Assembly (NCBI GenBank): GCA_964465735.1
Contig: CAYXKT010000001.1
Span: 10,721 to 74,720 of the forward strand
Direction of reading: 5' to 3'
From: an uncultured bacterium
GTDB lineage: Bacteria; Auribacterota; Erginobacteria; Erginobacterales; Erginobacteraceae
Length of the DNA: 64,000 nucleotides
Numbering within the stretch: position 1 is the first letter of the stretch; every line of letters starts with the position of its first letter. The translations under genes and the position numbers were made by a program. Under the pieces are notes generated by a model. The model saw only the letters and a program-made list of their open reading frames with translations. It ran no database searches and was not told where the DNA came from. Positions 48,217 through 57,444 of the stretch are shown here, in pieces.

Positions 48217-48489
48217 ATGAAAAAGGATCGAAAGCCGGTTGACCGGATTCCTGAGGAATTTACTTCCTGTGAGGAAGCCGGGGGGTTTGGGGATACTCAC
48301 GATACAATGGATTATCCCGAAGCTTTCTCAGATGCGGATATCGACATCCATCTGCGGGGGCGGAAGTTCGAAATAGATATCGAAGAGGATGTGATGGAGA
48401 TTCCGCGCCGCGAAGCAGTAAAGCGGCATCTCCAACCCGGTCTCCTGGCCAGCCGCCTGCTCAGAAAGGAACTTTCCTCAGCCAACTGA
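48217..48489 (+). CDS. brnA: BrnA-like antitoxin
   Basis: IPEEFTSCEEAGGFGDTHDTMDY resembles BrnA (EF.SEEEEAEFWDTH). Confidence 0.5.
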   Translation: MKKDRKPVDRIPEEFTSCEEAGGFGDTHDTMDYPEAFSDADIDIHLRGRKFEIDIEEDVMEIPRREAVKRHLQPGLLASRLLRKELSSAN

Positions 48490-48639
48490 CCGGAGATGGC
48501 CCTGCCGGAACGTTTTATTTGCCGGTTCTTCCATTTCCCTGTGGGATATCCCACCTCTACTTTGCCGGACTGCTCATCTTAAAACTTCTTTCCGATCAAG
48601 TGTGGTGTGGGGAAGAGGATAGACTGGAGGAAGAAGTTT

Positions 48640-48895
48640 GGTAACACTTTAGCTGTTTAAAAATATGATGTGGCACCCCTTCAGGGTGCCATCGGATATT
48701 TGGATTGCCCGATAAAACCCGGGGCGGTGCCCCGGGCTATAATGTGGGACGCCTTTCACGTCCCTTCATTGACCCCGAAGGGGTAATACATCGTAGCCCG
48801 GCGAGCATCGCCGGGATCCTCCGGGATCAAAAATTAATCCCGCACTCCAAAGGAGTGCTACATCAAGTCTGTATTTGCAAAGGCTAAAGTGTTAC
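48640..48895. mobile_element. MITE family B: 256-bp hairpin-array element with 13-bp TIRs (GTAACACTTTAGC) and an 8-bp TSD (GAAGTTTG)
   Basis: Left gaagtttg|GTAACACTTTAGC..., right ...GCTAAAGTGTTAC|gaagtttg. The interior is 8 consecutive short stem-loops homologous to 27309..27531. Confidence 0.8.
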
Positions 48896-48942
48896 GAAGT
48901 TTGATATTAAATTTCGCCTGATCCAATCAAGGGAGTAAAGCA

Positions 48943-49203
48943 ATGCAAAAACACTATCTTGGATGGGCTTTGGGCTTTATGGCTGTCTGGGTTCTGGCGG
49001 CGCCGGCACGGGCGTTGGCTTATCTTGACCCGGGGACGGGGAGTTATCTCTTCCAGATCCTGATCGCCGCGCTGGCGGGGGGGATCTTCGCCATTAAGCT
49101 CTTCTGGGGGAGGATCTCGGCATTCTTTTCTGGGGTGTTCGGGAAGGGCAAGACTACAGAGATCGAGGTTAGAGATGATGCCGGTTCTGGGAAGCCGGAA
49201 TAA
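48943..49203 (+). CDS. Small membrane protein with a YLDPGTGS motif
   Basis: Signal/TM N-terminus followed by YLDPGTGSYLFQ. Overlaps the downstream methyltransferase gene. Confidence 0.35.
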   Translation: MQKHYLGWALGFMAVWVLAAPARALAYLDPGTGSYLFQILIAALAGGIFAIKLFWGRISAFFSGVFGKGKTTEIEVRDDAGSGKPE

Positions 49204-50605
49204 GCTCAGTTCCTCCTTCCGGGACCCTTCGGGGTTTCTTTTTCTCCGGGAGGGCGAACTCTTCCGACAGGTCAATCAATCCTACCGGGAAGATTACGAT
49301 CTGTTGATCTCTTCCGGGCTCTATGAGGCTTTAGTCGCGGAGGGACTTTTGGTTCCCCACCGGGAGGTTGATCTCCCCCCGGAAGACCCCGGGCCGGCGT
49401 ACAAGGTGATCAAGCCGGAGCCGGTCCCCTTCATCTCCTATCCCTACGAGTGGTCGTTTAGCCAGCTGAAAGCCGCCGCCTTAGCTACGCTGGCGATACA
49501 GACGAAGGCGCTCCAGTTCGGGATGATCCTCAAGGATGCCTCGGCCTATAATGTCCAGTTGATTGGTAGCCGGCCGGTTTTCATCGACACCCTCTCCTTT
49601 GAGCGTTACCGGGAGGGGGAACCCTGGGTTGCCTACCGCCAGTTCTGCCAGCATTTCCTCGCGCCTCTGGCTTTGATGAGCCGCTGTGACATTCGCTTAG
49701 GCGGGCTGCTTCGGCTCCACATTGACGGGGTCCCCCTGGACTTGGCATCCTCGCTGTTGCCCTGGAGGACTCGCTTCTCCTTCTCGTTGCTCTCCCATAT
49801 CCATCTCCACGCCCGGAGCCAGGCCCGCCACGCGGATGACGCGGGGGTGGGGAAGGCCGATTCCGGGGTGAGGAAGAGAAAGGTGAGCAAGCTGGCTTTC
49901 CGGGGGATCATCGACAGTCTGGAGACGGCGGTGAAGAAACTCTCCTGGAAGGCGGGGGGGACGGAATGGGGGGATTATTACGGGGCGACCAATTACTCGG
50001 AGCGGGCCCAGGAAGATAAGAAGAGACGGGTGGCGGAGTATCTCTCCCGGATCTATCCGAAGCTGGTCTGGGACCTGGGGGCGAATACCGGGCTCTACAG
50101 CCGGCTATCCGCCGAACGGGGAGCCTACACCGTTGCTTCCGATGTCGATCCGGCGGCGGTGGAGAAGAACTACCTGAAGGCCCGGGCGGAGAGGTCGGAG
50201 AAGATCCTTCCGCTCTTGATTGATCTGACCAACCCCAGTCCGGGGATCGGTTGGGAGCACCGGGAGCGGATGGCTTTGCTTGAGCGTGGCCCGGCTGATG
50301 TGGTTCTTGCCCTGGCACTGGTTCACCATCTGGCGATATCCAATAACCTGCCTTTTTATAAGATCGCGGAGTTTTTTCGGCGGGCGGGTCGGGATTTGAT
50401 TGTTGAGTTTATTCCCAAGGAGGATTCTCAGGTTCGGAGGTTGTTGGCTTCTCGGGAGGATATTTTTTCGGGTTATAATCGGGAGAGTTTTGAGGAGGTT
50501 TTTTCGGCTTACTTTCGGATTGAGGATAGCGCGGCGATTGCGGATTCTGAGCGGACGATTTATTTGATGCGGGGGGTGGGGGTACCGGTAAGTGGTGAGC
50601 GGTGA
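49175..50605 (+). CDS. Two-domain protein with a C-terminal class I SAM methyltransferase
   Basis: VWDLGANTGLYSRLSAERGAYTVASDVD. The N-terminal ~250 aa are unassigned. Confidence 0.5.
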   Translation: MMPVLGSRNKLSSSFRDPSGFLFLREGELFRQVNQSYREDYDLLISSGLYEALVAEGLLVPHREVDLPPEDPGPAYKVIKPEPVPFISYPYEWSFSQLKAAALATLAIQTKALQFGMILKDASAYNVQLIGSRPVFIDTLSFERYREGEPWVAYRQFCQHFLAPLALMSRCDIRLGGLLRLHIDGVPLDLASSLLPWRTRFSFSLLSHIHLHARSQARHADDAGVGKADSGVRKRKVSKLAFRGIIDSLETAVKKLSWKAGGTEWGDYYGATNYSERAQEDKKRRVAEYLSRIYPKLVWDLGANTGLYSRLSAERGAYTVASDVDPAAVEKNYLKARAERSEKILPLLIDLTNPSPGIGWEHRERMALLERGPADVVLALALVHHLAISNNLPFYKIAEFFRRAGRDLIVEFIPKEDSQVRRLLASREDIFSGYNRESFEEVFSAYFRIEDSAAIADSERTIYLMRGVGVPVSGER

Positions 50606-50619
50606 TCGGTAAGGACCCC

Positions 50620-50760
50620 TTACCCCTAACCCCTCTCCCCTGAGGTAGGGGAGAGAGGGATCAAGGGCAGGGATTAGGGGTTGGAGTTGCGGTTGGGAAC
50701 CCTCTCCTTTTTTGGGAGAGGGCAGGGTGAGGGGTAAATTAGGGATTCTATCGCGATCTG
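50620..50760 (+). terminator. G-rich compound palindrome between the methyltransferase gene and wecB (terminator-like)
   Basis: CCCCTCTCCCCtgaggtaGGGGAGAGGG and CCCTCTCCttttttGGGAGAGGG hairpins, with a T-run after the second. Confidence 0.4.
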
Positions 50761-50834
50761 AATTCTATAGCTATTCCGACTTTGTCCTCTGTAGTTTTAA
50801 CTAAGGTGGATAGCGATGGTGATGGTGATTAACT

Positions 50835-51893
50835 ATGAAGATATGTTCTATCGTGGGGGCGAGGCCGCAGTTTGTTAAGGCGGCGGTGGTCAGTCGGGCT
50901 TTGCGGAAAGTCGCCCGGGAAGTGCTGATTCATACCGGGCAGCATTACGACGACGCGATGTCGGCCCGGTTCTTTCGGGAGCTGGAGATCCCTCAGCCGG
51001 ATTACGATCTGGAGGTAGGTTCCCACTCCCACGGGGTCCAGACCGGGTTGATGCTGGAGCGGATCGAGGAGGTACTGGAGAAGGAGACTCCGGAAATGGT
51101 CCTGGTTTACGGGGACACCAACTCCACTCTGGCCGGAGCGATGGCGGCGGCCAAACTTCAGATTTCGGTCGGCCACGTCGAGGCGGGGTTGCGGAGTTTT
51201 AACCGGCGGATGCCGGAAGAGATCAACCGGGTCCTGACCGACCACATCTCCACTCTGCTCTTCTGTCCCACCGATACGGCGGTGGTCAACCTCCGGAAGG
51301 AAGGGATCACGGAGGGAGTTTTTATGACCGGGGACGTGATGTACGACGCCCTGAAGTTTTACCTGGAGAAGGTCGCGGTCGACGAAGTGCTGGAGAACCG
51401 CGGCCTGAAGAGAGGCGGCTACCTTTTGCTTACGGTCCACCGGGCGGAGTCCACCGATGCCCCGGCCCGGCTGACCGCGATCGCCCAGGCTCTCTCCGCT
51501 ATCAAGGAGAAGATCTTCTTCCCCGCCCACCCCCGTACGCTCAAGGCGCTGGAAAGAAACGGAATCTCCCTGGGGGAGAATGTGATTAAGGCCGACCCGG
51601 TCGGCTACCTGGAGATGCTGTCCCTGGAGAGCCGGGCGAGGATGATCCTGACCGACTCCGGCGGGGTGCAGAAAGAGGCCTATCTGCTTGGAGTCCCCTG
51701 CGTCACCCTCCGCGATGAGACCGAGTGGGTGGAGACGGTGGAGGTAGGTTGGAATATCCTCACCGGCGCGGATCGGGAGAAGATCGTCGAAACCGTCCGG
51801 ACCTTCCGGCCGCCGCCCGCCCGCCCCGACCTCTTTGGCGACGGGGCGGCAGCGTTTAAGATCGCCGGCCTGATCACCAGTAGTACCAGATAG
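50835..51893 (+). CDS. wecB: UDP-N-acetylglucosamine 2-epimerase (non-hydrolysing)
   Basis: MKICSIVGARPQFVKAAVV, HTGQHYD, and the canonical ~352-aa length. Confidence 0.85.
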   Translation: MKICSIVGARPQFVKAAVVSRALRKVAREVLIHTGQHYDDAMSARFFRELEIPQPDYDLEVGSHSHGVQTGLMLERIEEVLEKETPEMVLVYGDTNSTLAGAMAAAKLQISVGHVEAGLRSFNRRMPEEINRVLTDHISTLLFCPTDTAVVNLRKEGITEGVFMTGDVMYDALKFYLEKVAVDEVLENRGLKRGGYLLLTVHRAESTDAPARLTAIAQALSAIKEKIFFPAHPRTLKALERNGISLGENVIKADPVGYLEMLSLESRARMILTDSGGVQKEAYLLGVPCVTLRDETEWVETVEVGWNILTGADREKIVETVRTFRPPPARPDLFGDGAAAFKIAGLITSSTR

Positions 51894-52326
51894 GCCTTGT
51901 TGTTGGAGCAGTTTCCGGATCTGCCAACGGAGCAAAGTCTGGCAGGAAGCAAAAGCAGTGCCAGATATGGTCTGAAAAATTACCTGGCTGCCGCCATTAT
52001 TTTCTGTCGAAATATATTCCTCGGCAGCATTCCGGGCCAAGTCGGTGATAGAGCACCACTGTATGGTATGTCCAATAATCGTGGACATAGCTGACATTAA
52101 TGGCGGTAAAACCGCGAAGATCCGGTAAAAATTGGTCGAGAGGTTTTTGGTTATTCGACTATCCTGGATATTCTTCCGGGGTATAAAAACCCCGGGATAG
52201 GCCGGCCAGGCTACTCTTGACCGGCGATATTGTTTGAATGGAAAAGGGCTGGTCTAATTTAACCCGGATAATCCCGCAGGTTGTTGTGATAAACTGATTT
52301 ATTTCATCAGGTACTCAGTTGAAGCA

Positions 52327-52600
52327 ATGTTTCTCAGCTTGAAATCCAGGTCCTCGCGGTTGTGGCTGGGGATATTTATCGCCGCGTTTATTCTTCGGCT
52401 GGGGTATGGCCTTTCGCAGCCGGCGGAGTTCTGGGATGAGGATGAGGGGGTTTACCTGACGATGGCGGAAAACTTCCGGGCGGGGGAGGGGCTGATCTAT
52501 ACCCCTTACCGGAAGGCGGCCTTCCCCCCGCTTTATCCTTTGTTTTTGGCGGGGTTCTTGTGGGCGGGGTTTCCGCTCTTTACGGCCGCCCGGGTGGGCC
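52327..52600 (+). pseudogene. Duplicated 5' fragment (~90 codons) of the GT39-like gene at 53372
   Basis: >90% nt identity to 53430..53650 (RLGYGL.QPAEFWDEDEGVY.TMAENFRAGEGLIYTPYRKAAFPPLYPLFLAGFLWAGFPLFT), then it diverges. Confidence 0.65.
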
Positions 52601-52637
52601 GGGGGAGCGGGTCTCCGCTGGCGGGAAATTCTTTTTT

Positions 52638-52871
52638 CTATAGCGCCTTTGCTTCGGCCAGTTCGAGTACTCTGCCCTGAACCGAATCGAGGACGACGTC
52701 CCGCAGGAAACGGCGCGCGTTGAGAATTTCTATTCCGATCAACTCACCTCTGGAATTCAGTTCCGCGGTAATATCGAGATTGACCTCGACACTGCCGGCC
52801 TCGGGTTCATCGGAAATCGTAAAATGCAGCACATCGTCTTTCTCAAAATAGGTCATACGGCCTTTATTCAT
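52638..52871 (-). CDS. DUF2283-family small protein (antitoxin-like partner of DUF4258)
   Basis: YFEKDDVLHFTISDEP...GELIGIEILNA pattern. Confidence 0.5.
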   Translation of the reverse strand: MNKGRMTYFEKDDVLHFTISDEPEAGSVEVNLDITAELNSRGELIGIEILNARRFLRDVVLDSVQGRVLELAEAKAL

Positions 52872-53142
52872 TTTTGAACCTCCCAGATCTTACTCGGGTA
52901 TTGATCTGCTGACGACTTGTGATGTGCACAGTAACGGGGGTCAGAGTATCGCCGATACGTTCATAAAGTGCCAGGATCAGCCCATCTCCGTGCCGGCCGA
53001 TTGCCACCACTCGACCGGTGCCGGTATCCACATATCGTTCAGCGGAGTATCGGACAATGTTTTCTACCGTCGCCAGGTCAAAACCCCGCAGGTGGAGGCG
53101 ATAGCGCATATAGTCGCTCCAGATAATCCTGGCTCCTTCCAT
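52864..53142 (-). CDS. DUF4258-family protein (toxin-like)
   Basis: MEGARIIWSDYMRYRLHLRGFDLATVENIV...LTPVTVHITS. 8-nt overlap with the DUF2283 gene. Confidence 0.45.
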   Translation of the reverse strand: MEGARIIWSDYMRYRLHLRGFDLATVENIVRYSAERYVDTGTGRVVAIGRHGDGLILALYERIGDTLTPVTVHITSRQQINTRVRSGRFKNE

Positions 53143-53371
53143 TAGATCTCCTTTGCGAGGCGCATCATCAGCGCCACCGATATATCCGGCGCGATGACCT
53201 TGTTTCCCCATTCATTAATTAAAACATACCTCTTGAACTTCAGCAACGCTTTCCTGCTTTGTTCTTGCTGCTTTTGTGGGATTTGTTGACCGACGTAACA
53301 ACAAGAGAGAATTATGGACATAATCGACAATAAAGGCATTCTATAGCCAGAACTTTTCAAATTATTGCCTT

Positions 53372-54610
53372 GTGCAATCAATCGAGATGCCTCTAAACTT
53401 AGGATACAAGTCTTCCCGCCTCTGGGTCGGGATCTTTCTGTCAGCATTTCTTCTTCGGCTGGGGTATGGCCTTTTGCAGCCGGCGGAGTTCTGGGATGAG
53501 GATGAGGGGGTTTACCAGACGATGGCGGAAAACTTCCGGGCGGGGGAGGGGCTGATCTATACCCCTTACCGGAAGGCGGCCTTCCCCCCGCTTTATCCTT
53601 TGTTTTTGGCGGGGTTCTTGTGGGCGGGGTTTCCGCTCTTTACGACCGCCCGGGTTTTCCAGGCTCTTCTGGGGGCTTTCTCCTGTCTCCTGATCGGGGG
53701 GGGGTCCCGGCGGGCTTTTGCCGGGCTGGGGGAACGGGTGAGCAGGGGGGCCGGATTTCTGGCCGCCGCCCTTCTGGCGGTTTATCCGATCGCTGTTATC
53801 TATCCGGCTCGGCTGATGACGGAGAATCTGCTGATCTTTCTTCTCCCGGCGGCGGTCTTCTCTTTGTTGAAGAGCGTTTCTTCTCCCCGGGCTCTCCTTT
53901 GGATTCTGCTTGGGGGGGTGTTGCTCGGGTTGGGGACGCTTGCTCGGCCGACTCTGCTTCCTTTCGTGGTGATGGCGGTTATCTGGCTGTGTTTTGTCCC
54001 AGCCGGTCGGCGGGGTTTTTTCGTCCGGGCCGGGGTTCTGCTGGCCGGGTTTATTCTGGTTATTCTCCCCTGGCAGGTCAGGAATTACCGTGTATTGGGA
54101 GCGGTGGTTCCAGTCACCACTGCCGCCGGGGCCAATCTCTATATCGCCAACAACCCGGCCGCCATTGGGGGCTCGATGGGCTACCGCTACCTGATGCGGG
54201 AGGGGGTCTTTCATCTCGGGGAAGAGGAGGACGAACTCGCCTATAACCGGCATTACCGGGACCGGGCATTTCAGTTCATCCGGGATAACCCGGGACGGTT
54301 TTTTTCTCTATCCCTGCGGCGGTTGATCTGGTTCTACCACCTCGACTACCATTACCGGGGGCCAATAGTGCTGGTGGTCATCTTCCATCTGATGCTCCTG
54401 CTGGCCGCGATCGGTGCCTGGACCGCCCGGCGGGCCTGGCGGATGGCCCTTCTCCCTGCCCTGGCAATCCTGAATTTTACTCTGGTCCATATGGTCTTTC
54501 TCTCCGAAGGCCGCTACCGCCTCCCCCTGATCCCCTTCCTCCTCGCCTTCTCCGCCCTTTCCCTCTCCTTCCGACTTTTCAGAGCAAGAGATAGCGCTTC
54601 TGAAAAATAA
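53372..54610 (+). CDS. GT39/PMT_2-like GT-C-fold membrane glycosyltransferase
   Basis: 412 aa, ~11 TM helices. Contains a G9 tract at 53696..53704. Confidence 0.55.
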   Translation: MQSIEMPLNLGYKSSRLWVGIFLSAFLLRLGYGLLQPAEFWDEDEGVYQTMAENFRAGEGLIYTPYRKAAFPPLYPLFLAGFLWAGFPLFTTARVFQALLGAFSCLLIGGGSRRAFAGLGERVSRGAGFLAAALLAVYPIAVIYPARLMTENLLIFLLPAAVFSLLKSVSSPRALLWILLGGVLLGLGTLARPTLLPFVVMAVIWLCFVPAGRRGFFVRAGVLLAGFILVILPWQVRNYRVLGAVVPVTTAAGANLYIANNPAAIGGSMGYRYLMREGVFHLGEEEDELAYNRHYRDRAFQFIRDNPGRFFSLSLRRLIWFYHLDYHYRGPIVLVVIFHLMLLLAAIGAWTARRAWRMALLPALAILNFTLVHMVFLSEGRYRLPLIPFLLAFSALSLSFRLFRARDSASEK

Positions 54611-54725
54611 GAAAGTTTTTCGGAATAAATCCTCGCCTTGATCCGACTATCGGAATGAGGTGGAATTAATTTTCCAGGAAACTTGACCTGGGTGCTCGAA
54701 TAGAGTAGTATTTATTCCACTAATA

Positions 54726-55337
54726 TTGAGTGCAATAAAAAATATTATGAATCTGCCGGATCGGGAAATAATCGATCAGGCTTTGCGGTTGCTTGCCGAT
54801 ATACTGGAATCAACCGGAGCTCCGGCTTTCCAGCTGGTTGTACGCGGGGGCTCTTCGCAGATCGCAATGGAGCTTGTCAGCCGAACCACGCGGGATGTGG
54901 ATGTCCTGGCCTTTCTCAGTCCGCAAGGACAAATCCAGGAGGCAAGACCTTTCCCGACGGAGATTTCCGAGGCTTCCAGGCGGGTCGCCTCTACGCTGGG
55001 TCTTGATGATAATTGGCTCAATCCCGGGCCGGCAGACCTCGTTTCATCCGGGCTCCCGGACGGGCTGGGGCAGCGCCTTATCGCGAAAAAATACGGAGAG
55101 CATCTTACAGTGCATTTTATTTCCCAGATTGATCAAATATTTTTCAAGGTTTATGCCGCGGCTGATGATGCCTCGGGCCGGCATTCCGATGACTTGCTGG
55201 CACTGGTACCATCTCCCGAAGAGATTGCCGCTGCCGCTCAATGGGCTCTGGCCCAAGATCCTTCTTTCGGGTTTCAGCAGATCTTAAAGGATATGCTGGG
55301 AAAACTTGGCTATGAAAGCGTTGCTGAAAGACTTTAG
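54726..55337 (+). CDS. Hypothetical protein, possibly a minimal nucleotidyltransferase-fold
   Basis: GGSSQIAMELVSRTTRDVDVLAF is a GS...DxD-like pattern. First of a two-gene module. Confidence 0.3.
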   Translation: MSAIKNIMNLPDREIIDQALRLLADILESTGAPAFQLVVRGGSSQIAMELVSRTTRDVDVLAFLSPQGQIQEARPFPTEISEASRRVASTLGLDDNWLNPGPADLVSSGLPDGLGQRLIAKKYGEHLTVHFISQIDQIFFKVYAAADDASGRHSDDLLALVPSPEEIAAAAQWALAQDPSFGFQQILKDMLGKLGYESVAERL

Positions 55338-56331
55338 AGACGAATATCTGGAGAAGCTGCTCGATTTGATCTGGCGCCAGTGGTGCGCCCTGGGAGTCGC
55401 GGGTACGGGGGAACCCGAAAGCCGCCGAGTCATCGATCCCGAGGCGCTCCTGGCCATCACGGCGACGATGGCCAGGTACGAGGCGAGGATTTTTGACGAG
55501 GCTCTGGATTGGCTCCAGGTCAACGGGAGGTTCATCAACATCCAGAGGCTGAAGACCATATTCCGAAAGGAGCAGTTTGCGGGGACGGCCGTTATCGCCG
55601 CCATCGCGGACCTGATGTCCATAAGTTCTTCAGCGGCGAAATGGAAACGGTTATCCGAAATCGATGCCGGATCAGAGAAGAAAGATGAACCGCTATTTTA
55701 CTTCAAAAGCGGTCATCCCCACCCGATTCTTCGCGAACCACAAGCGGTTTTTTATGCACACGGTCTGCTTCGGGATAAAGTCAGACTACGGGGTCACAGC
55801 AAACCCTTCCGGCCGTCGCCGGTTTCCAACCTTCACTTGAAGCTTCGCGCTTTCTTTGGTATCAACGCCCGTTGTGAAATAATCCTTTTTCTGCTTCTGA
55901 ACCGGAAAGGCCATCCCCGAAAGATCGCCCGGCAATGCTACTACTATCAGAAGACAGTCCAGGATACGTTGGTCGATATGCGCTGTTCGGGTCTGGTAAG
56001 GGCCACCCCGTCTGGCCGGGAAGTATGGTATCGCCTCGCTTCACCTCTTTGGAAGGACCTGATGGCGGGGGAAGGGGAGCTTCCCCGCTGGATTTGCCTC
56101 CCGTCGCTTTACAGCGCTTTCGAACGGATCTGGCTGGGACTCAGCGACCCCGGTCTGGCGGGTTCCGACAATCCCCTTTTTCTCTCGTCGCAACTGCGTG
56201 AACTGATGCAAAGTGTACGCGGAGCTCTCGAACGGTCGGGCCTGGGAGACCGGCTCTCCGACCCGGGGTTGTATGTTGGCGAGGAATACACACCGGTGTT
56301 TTTCCAGGATGTGCGTAAATTGTTTGATTAA
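55306..56331 (+). CDS. Hypothetical 341-aa protein with a possible winged-helix segment
   Basis: Overlaps the upstream gene by 32 nt. No family recognised. Confidence 0.3.
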   Translation: MAMKALLKDFRDEYLEKLLDLIWRQWCALGVAGTGEPESRRVIDPEALLAITATMARYEARIFDEALDWLQVNGRFINIQRLKTIFRKEQFAGTAVIAAIADLMSISSSAAKWKRLSEIDAGSEKKDEPLFYFKSGHPHPILREPQAVFYAHGLLRDKVRLRGHSKPFRPSPVSNLHLKLRAFFGINARCEIILFLLLNRKGHPRKIARQCYYYQKTVQDTLVDMRCSGLVRATPSGREVWYRLASPLWKDLMAGEGELPRWICLPSLYSAFERIWLGLSDPGLAGSDNPLFLSSQLRELMQSVRGALERSGLGDRLSDPGLYVGEEYTPVFFQDVRKLFD

Positions 56332-56385
56332 AGCTGGGATTAAAAAATCGACCACCAAGACAACCGAACCTTCAACTAACAAGAA

Positions 56386-57216
56386 ATGAACAACGCTCTG
56401 ACGGTTGATGTCGAGAACTGGTACGACGCCAGTTTGCTTTCGCCTTATGTCCCCGACGGTTACCGGGATGATCGGGTGGTGGCGTCGGCCCGGGAGATTA
56501 TGGGCCTGCTGGATGAGTTTGGGGTTAGGGCGACTTTTTTTGTCCTGGGGAAGGTGGCGGCGGAGCATCCCGAGCTGGTGGAGGAGATTGCCTCCCGGGG
56601 GCACGAGGTGGCTTCTCACGGTTGGGGGCACGGTCTGGCTTACGAACAGACGGAGGAGGAGTTTGAGGAGGACCTGGTCAAATCGCTGGAGATCCTGGAG
56701 CGTCTGGCCGGGCGGAAGGTGAAGGGATACCGGGCGCCGAGTTGGTCGGTGGGGGTGGAGACCCCCTGGTTCTTCGATGTTTTAATCCGCAACGGCCTCA
56801 AATACGACTCCAGCCTTTTCCCGGTCAAGACACCGCTCTTCGGATCCCCGGACAACCCCCGCCATCCCCATATCATCGAGCGGAAGGAAGGGAGAGTGAT
56901 CGAGTTCCCCGCTTCTTCGGTGCGTTTTGGTGGGAAGACCTTTCCGCTGGGCGGGGGGGCTTCTCTGCGGCTTTTGCCTCTGGCGGTAACTAAATGGGGG
57001 ATCAAGAGAATCAACCGGGAGGGGATGGGGGCGATCGTCTATCTCCACCCCTGGGAGATGGATACCGGGATTCCCTTTCCCCCGATGCCTCGCCGGACCC
57101 GGATGCTCCATTCTCAAGGTAGGAAGGGGATGAACGGAAAATTGCGTCGATTACTGGAAAGTTTTTCCTTTGGGCCGATGGTTGATCTGCTGGGCGAGGT
57201 TTCTGGCGGTGGATGA
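56386..57216 (+). CDS. Polysaccharide deacetylase family protein (PEP-CTERM/XrtA-locus-type subfamily)
   Basis: LTVDVENWYD, NodB-like His/Asp motifs, and a C-terminal DUF3473-like region. Confidence 0.7.
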   Translation: MNNALTVDVENWYDASLLSPYVPDGYRDDRVVASAREIMGLLDEFGVRATFFVLGKVAAEHPELVEEIASRGHEVASHGWGHGLAYEQTEEEFEEDLVKSLEILERLAGRKVKGYRAPSWSVGVETPWFFDVLIRNGLKYDSSLFPVKTPLFGSPDNPRHPHIIERKEGRVIEFPASSVRFGGKTFPLGGGASLRLLPLAVTKWGIKRINREGMGAIVYLHPWEMDTGIPFPPMPRRTRMLHSQGRKGMNGKLRRLLESFSFGPMVDLLGEVSGGG

Positions 57217-57243
57217 ACCTATCCAGTTCTAAAAGTTGATTTA

Positions 57244-57406
57244 ACCTAAATTGAGCGATTCTATGCGGCGAACTGCACCAATCTTTTGCGTCCGAACGGA
57301 TATTGAAAATCCTCGCCATATCTCCTGGATATGGCTGCGGTTTTCGCAACCCGTCGGCCAGCAAAATCTTAGCACATTTCATCCGCAATAATCGCTCAAC
57401 TTAGGT
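57244..57406. mobile_element. MITE family A, copy 4; TSD TTTAA
   Basis: Same 163-bp element, with a perfect 5-bp direct-repeat flank. Confidence 0.85.
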
Positions 57407-57444
57407 TTAATTGATTGCCGGGTCAAAAAACAGTCTTGATGGTG

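Noticed and set aside
50829-52097. 422-aa ORF on the minus strand
   Set aside because: It is antisense to the well-supported wecB gene and has a low-complexity Gly/Arg/Pro-rich translation typical of spurious ORFs in GC-rich antisense frames.
52095-52170. tRNA gene (GGTTATTCGACTATCC resembles a T-arm)
   Set aside because: No acceptor-stem complementarity, no D-arm and no anticodon-arm geometry could be drawn.
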